A stretch of DNA of 64,000 nucleotides from Eubacteriales bacterium (GTDB taxonomy: Bacteria; Bacillota; Clostridia; Oscillospirales; CAG-272). The translations under genes were made by a program, and so were the position numbers. The notes under the pieces were generated by a model that searched no databases, was not told the DNA's origin, and saw only the letters and a program-made list of their open reading frames with translations. Each line of letters opens with the position of its first letter. The first letter of the stretch is position 1. The stretch spans positions 6,347-70,346 of the forward strand of contig JAZQHJ010000173.1 of assembly GCA_045540515.1 (NCBI GenBank), in the 5' to 3' direction. Shown piece after piece: positions 62,595-64,000 of this stretch.

Positions 62595-64000
62595 ATGTTT
62601 AAAAATTCAAGTTGGATAATTCATCCCGAAAACAAGCTATATGAGCCTGCTTGCTTTTTAAGGACCTTTGATGTAAATAGCGATATAAAAAGAGCAACAC
62701 TGCATATAACAAGTCTTGGATGCTACTATGCAGAGCTCAATGGCAAAAGAGTAGGTGACTTTATTCTTGCCCCAGGCTTTACCTCACGAAAAAGAGTACA
62801 GTACCAAAGCTACGATATTACGAGTATGCTAAGGGCAGAAAATCAAATAAAGGTGCTCGTGTCCGACGGCTGGTATAAGGGAAAAATCAATTTTGGCACT
62901 GACGAGGGCGGTCCTGAAAAGAAAAAGGCGCTGATTGCTACTATTATAATTCAATATAAAAACGGTGCCGAGCAAAGAATAGTAACAGATAGTAGCTGGG
63001 TGGCAAAAAAGGACACTCTTCGCTTTGCAGAGCTTTACGACGGGGAAAGCGTTGATATGACCTACTCTGATAGCTCCCCCTGTAAAGCACAGATATTAGA
63101 GCACGATAAGGGACTTATAGTAAAGCAACAGGGTGTATATGTAAAGGAGCAGGAAAGAATAGCTCCAAAAAGAATATTCAAGGCACCAAACGGCGATACA
63201 ATTATCGACTTTGGTCAAAATCTTACCGGCTATTTTGAAATTGACCTTTTTGCAAAAAAGGGCGATATAGTTGCACTTAGCGTTTGTGAGGAGCTTGACA
63301 AATACGGTAATTTTTATAACGAAAATTACAGGGATGCCCTTGCTCGCTTTGACTATATATGCAAGGACGGTTATAACAAATATAAGCCAAGACTTGCATT
63401 TTGGGGATTTAGATACATAAGGGTAGAGGAGTTCCCAGCTGAGCTTAAAAAAGAGAGCATAACTGCAATTGTGGTGCACTCCGACATTCAAAGAACGGGC
63501 TACCTACATAGCTCAAATAAGGACTTAAATCAGCTATTTAGCAATATAATTTGGGGACAAAGGGGCAATTTCCTTGATGTGCCAACCGATTGCCCACAAA
63601 GGGACGAAAGACAGGGCTGGACGGGTGATGCAACCGTATTTTGTAAAACCGCAGCCTACAACTTTGACGTTGAAAAATTCTTTTTAAAATGGCTCACCGA
63701 TTTACGTCTTGACCAAGGCAAGCGAGGAAATATTCCAAACATAATTCCTCAAACCATATGCTGGGACTGGTCAACCACGGAAAATACGGGTGCCGTATGG
63801 GGAGACTCTGCTACAATAATTCCATATCAAATGTATAAAACCTATGGAAATATTGATTTCTTAAAAAATCAATACTCCTCAATGCTAAAATACCTAAAAT
63901 ACATAGAAAATAGCACAAGCACCAAGGACCTTTGGACGGGCTGTGACCAATTTGGTGACTGGCTTGGGCTTGATGCTCCACAGGGTAGCTATCGTGGCTC
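62595..64000 (+). CDS. alpha-L-rhamnosidase, GH78 (partial; continues beyond window end)
   Basis: Absent from the ORF track because there is no stop in the window. My translation reads MFKNSSWIIHPENKLYEPACFLRTFDV...YAELNGKRVGDFILAPGFTS, and later DCPQRDERQGWTGDA. Confidence 0.75.
   Translation, partial: MFKNSSWIIHPENKLYEPACFLRTFDVNSDIKRATLHITSLGCYYAELNGKRVGDFILAPGFTSRKRVQYQSYDITSMLRAENQIKVLVSDGWYKGKINFGTDEGGPEKKKALIATIIIQYKNGAEQRIVTDSSWVAKKDTLRFAELYDGESVDMTYSDSSPCKAQILEHDKGLIVKQQGVYVKEQERIAPKRIFKAPNGDTIIDFGQNLTGYFEIDLFAKKGDIVALSVCEELDKYGNFYNENYRDALARFDYICKDGYNKYKPRLAFWGFRYIRVEEFPAELKKESITAIVVHSDIQRTGYLHSSNKDLNQLFSNIIWGQRGNFLDVPTDCPQRDERQGWTGDATVFCKTAAYNFDVEKFFLKWLTDLRLDQGKRGNIPNIIPQTICWDWSTTENTGAVWGDSATIIPYQMYKTYGNIDFLKNQYSSMLKYLKYIENSTSTKDLWTGCDQFGDWLGLDAPQGSYRG

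Noticed and set aside
63096-63491. A minus-strand 131-aa ORF at the window end.
   Set aside because: It is antisense to the open GH78 rhamnosidase reading frame, which carries the family motif DCPQRDERQGWTGDA. The ORF is an artefact.

Overview
This 64-kb window looks like chromosomal DNA from a low-GC Firmicute, probably a glycan-degrading anaerobe of the Clostridia. The taxonomic guess rests on AGGAGG-type ribosome-binding sites, TTGACA-N17-TATAAT promoters, a pflBA operon and many glycoside hydrolases. All calls come from reading the supplied ORF translations and the DNA by eye; no searches or computations were run.

About half of the window is ordinary housekeeping and carbohydrate metabolism:
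- an ABC exporter
- pflB and pflA
- ddh
- an M3 oligoendopeptidase
- mscL
- an ABC-F ATPase
- a GH95/GH31/GH92 block
- glmM, an LbH protein and nagB
- a GH5-like enzyme
- an FGGY kinase
- a partial GH78

Four accessory loci stand out:
1. **40142-59971.** A 17-gene island on one strand. It joins a TerY-type vWA / Ser-Thr kinase / PP2C phosphatase module (four vWA paralogs, one kinase and one pseudokinase-like paralog) to a three-module FtsK/SpoIIIE ATPase and three WXG100-like small helical proteins. It also encodes an HExxH protein and a 2264-aa single-pass membrane protein. That protein has a cytoplasmic Zn-ribbon and coiled coil, an LRR, 17 Listeria/Bacteroides-type repeats and a C-terminal Hint domain. 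This is the best candidate for an uncharacterised system.
2. **8440-16307.** A three-gene operon in which two multi-pass membrane proteins with Rossmann and RyR-like domains flank a tandem SpoVK/CbbX-type AAA+ ATPase.
3. **2330-4993.** Four tandem ~200-aa paralogs with paired TerB-like DG-x5-E motifs and duplicated consensus promoters. A fifth, classical TerB-like gene lies at 62137.
4. **36119-38780.** A methyltransferase / RNA ligase / HD-kinase RNA end-repair cassette.

I saw no rRNA, tRNA, CRISPR array, integrase or transposase.
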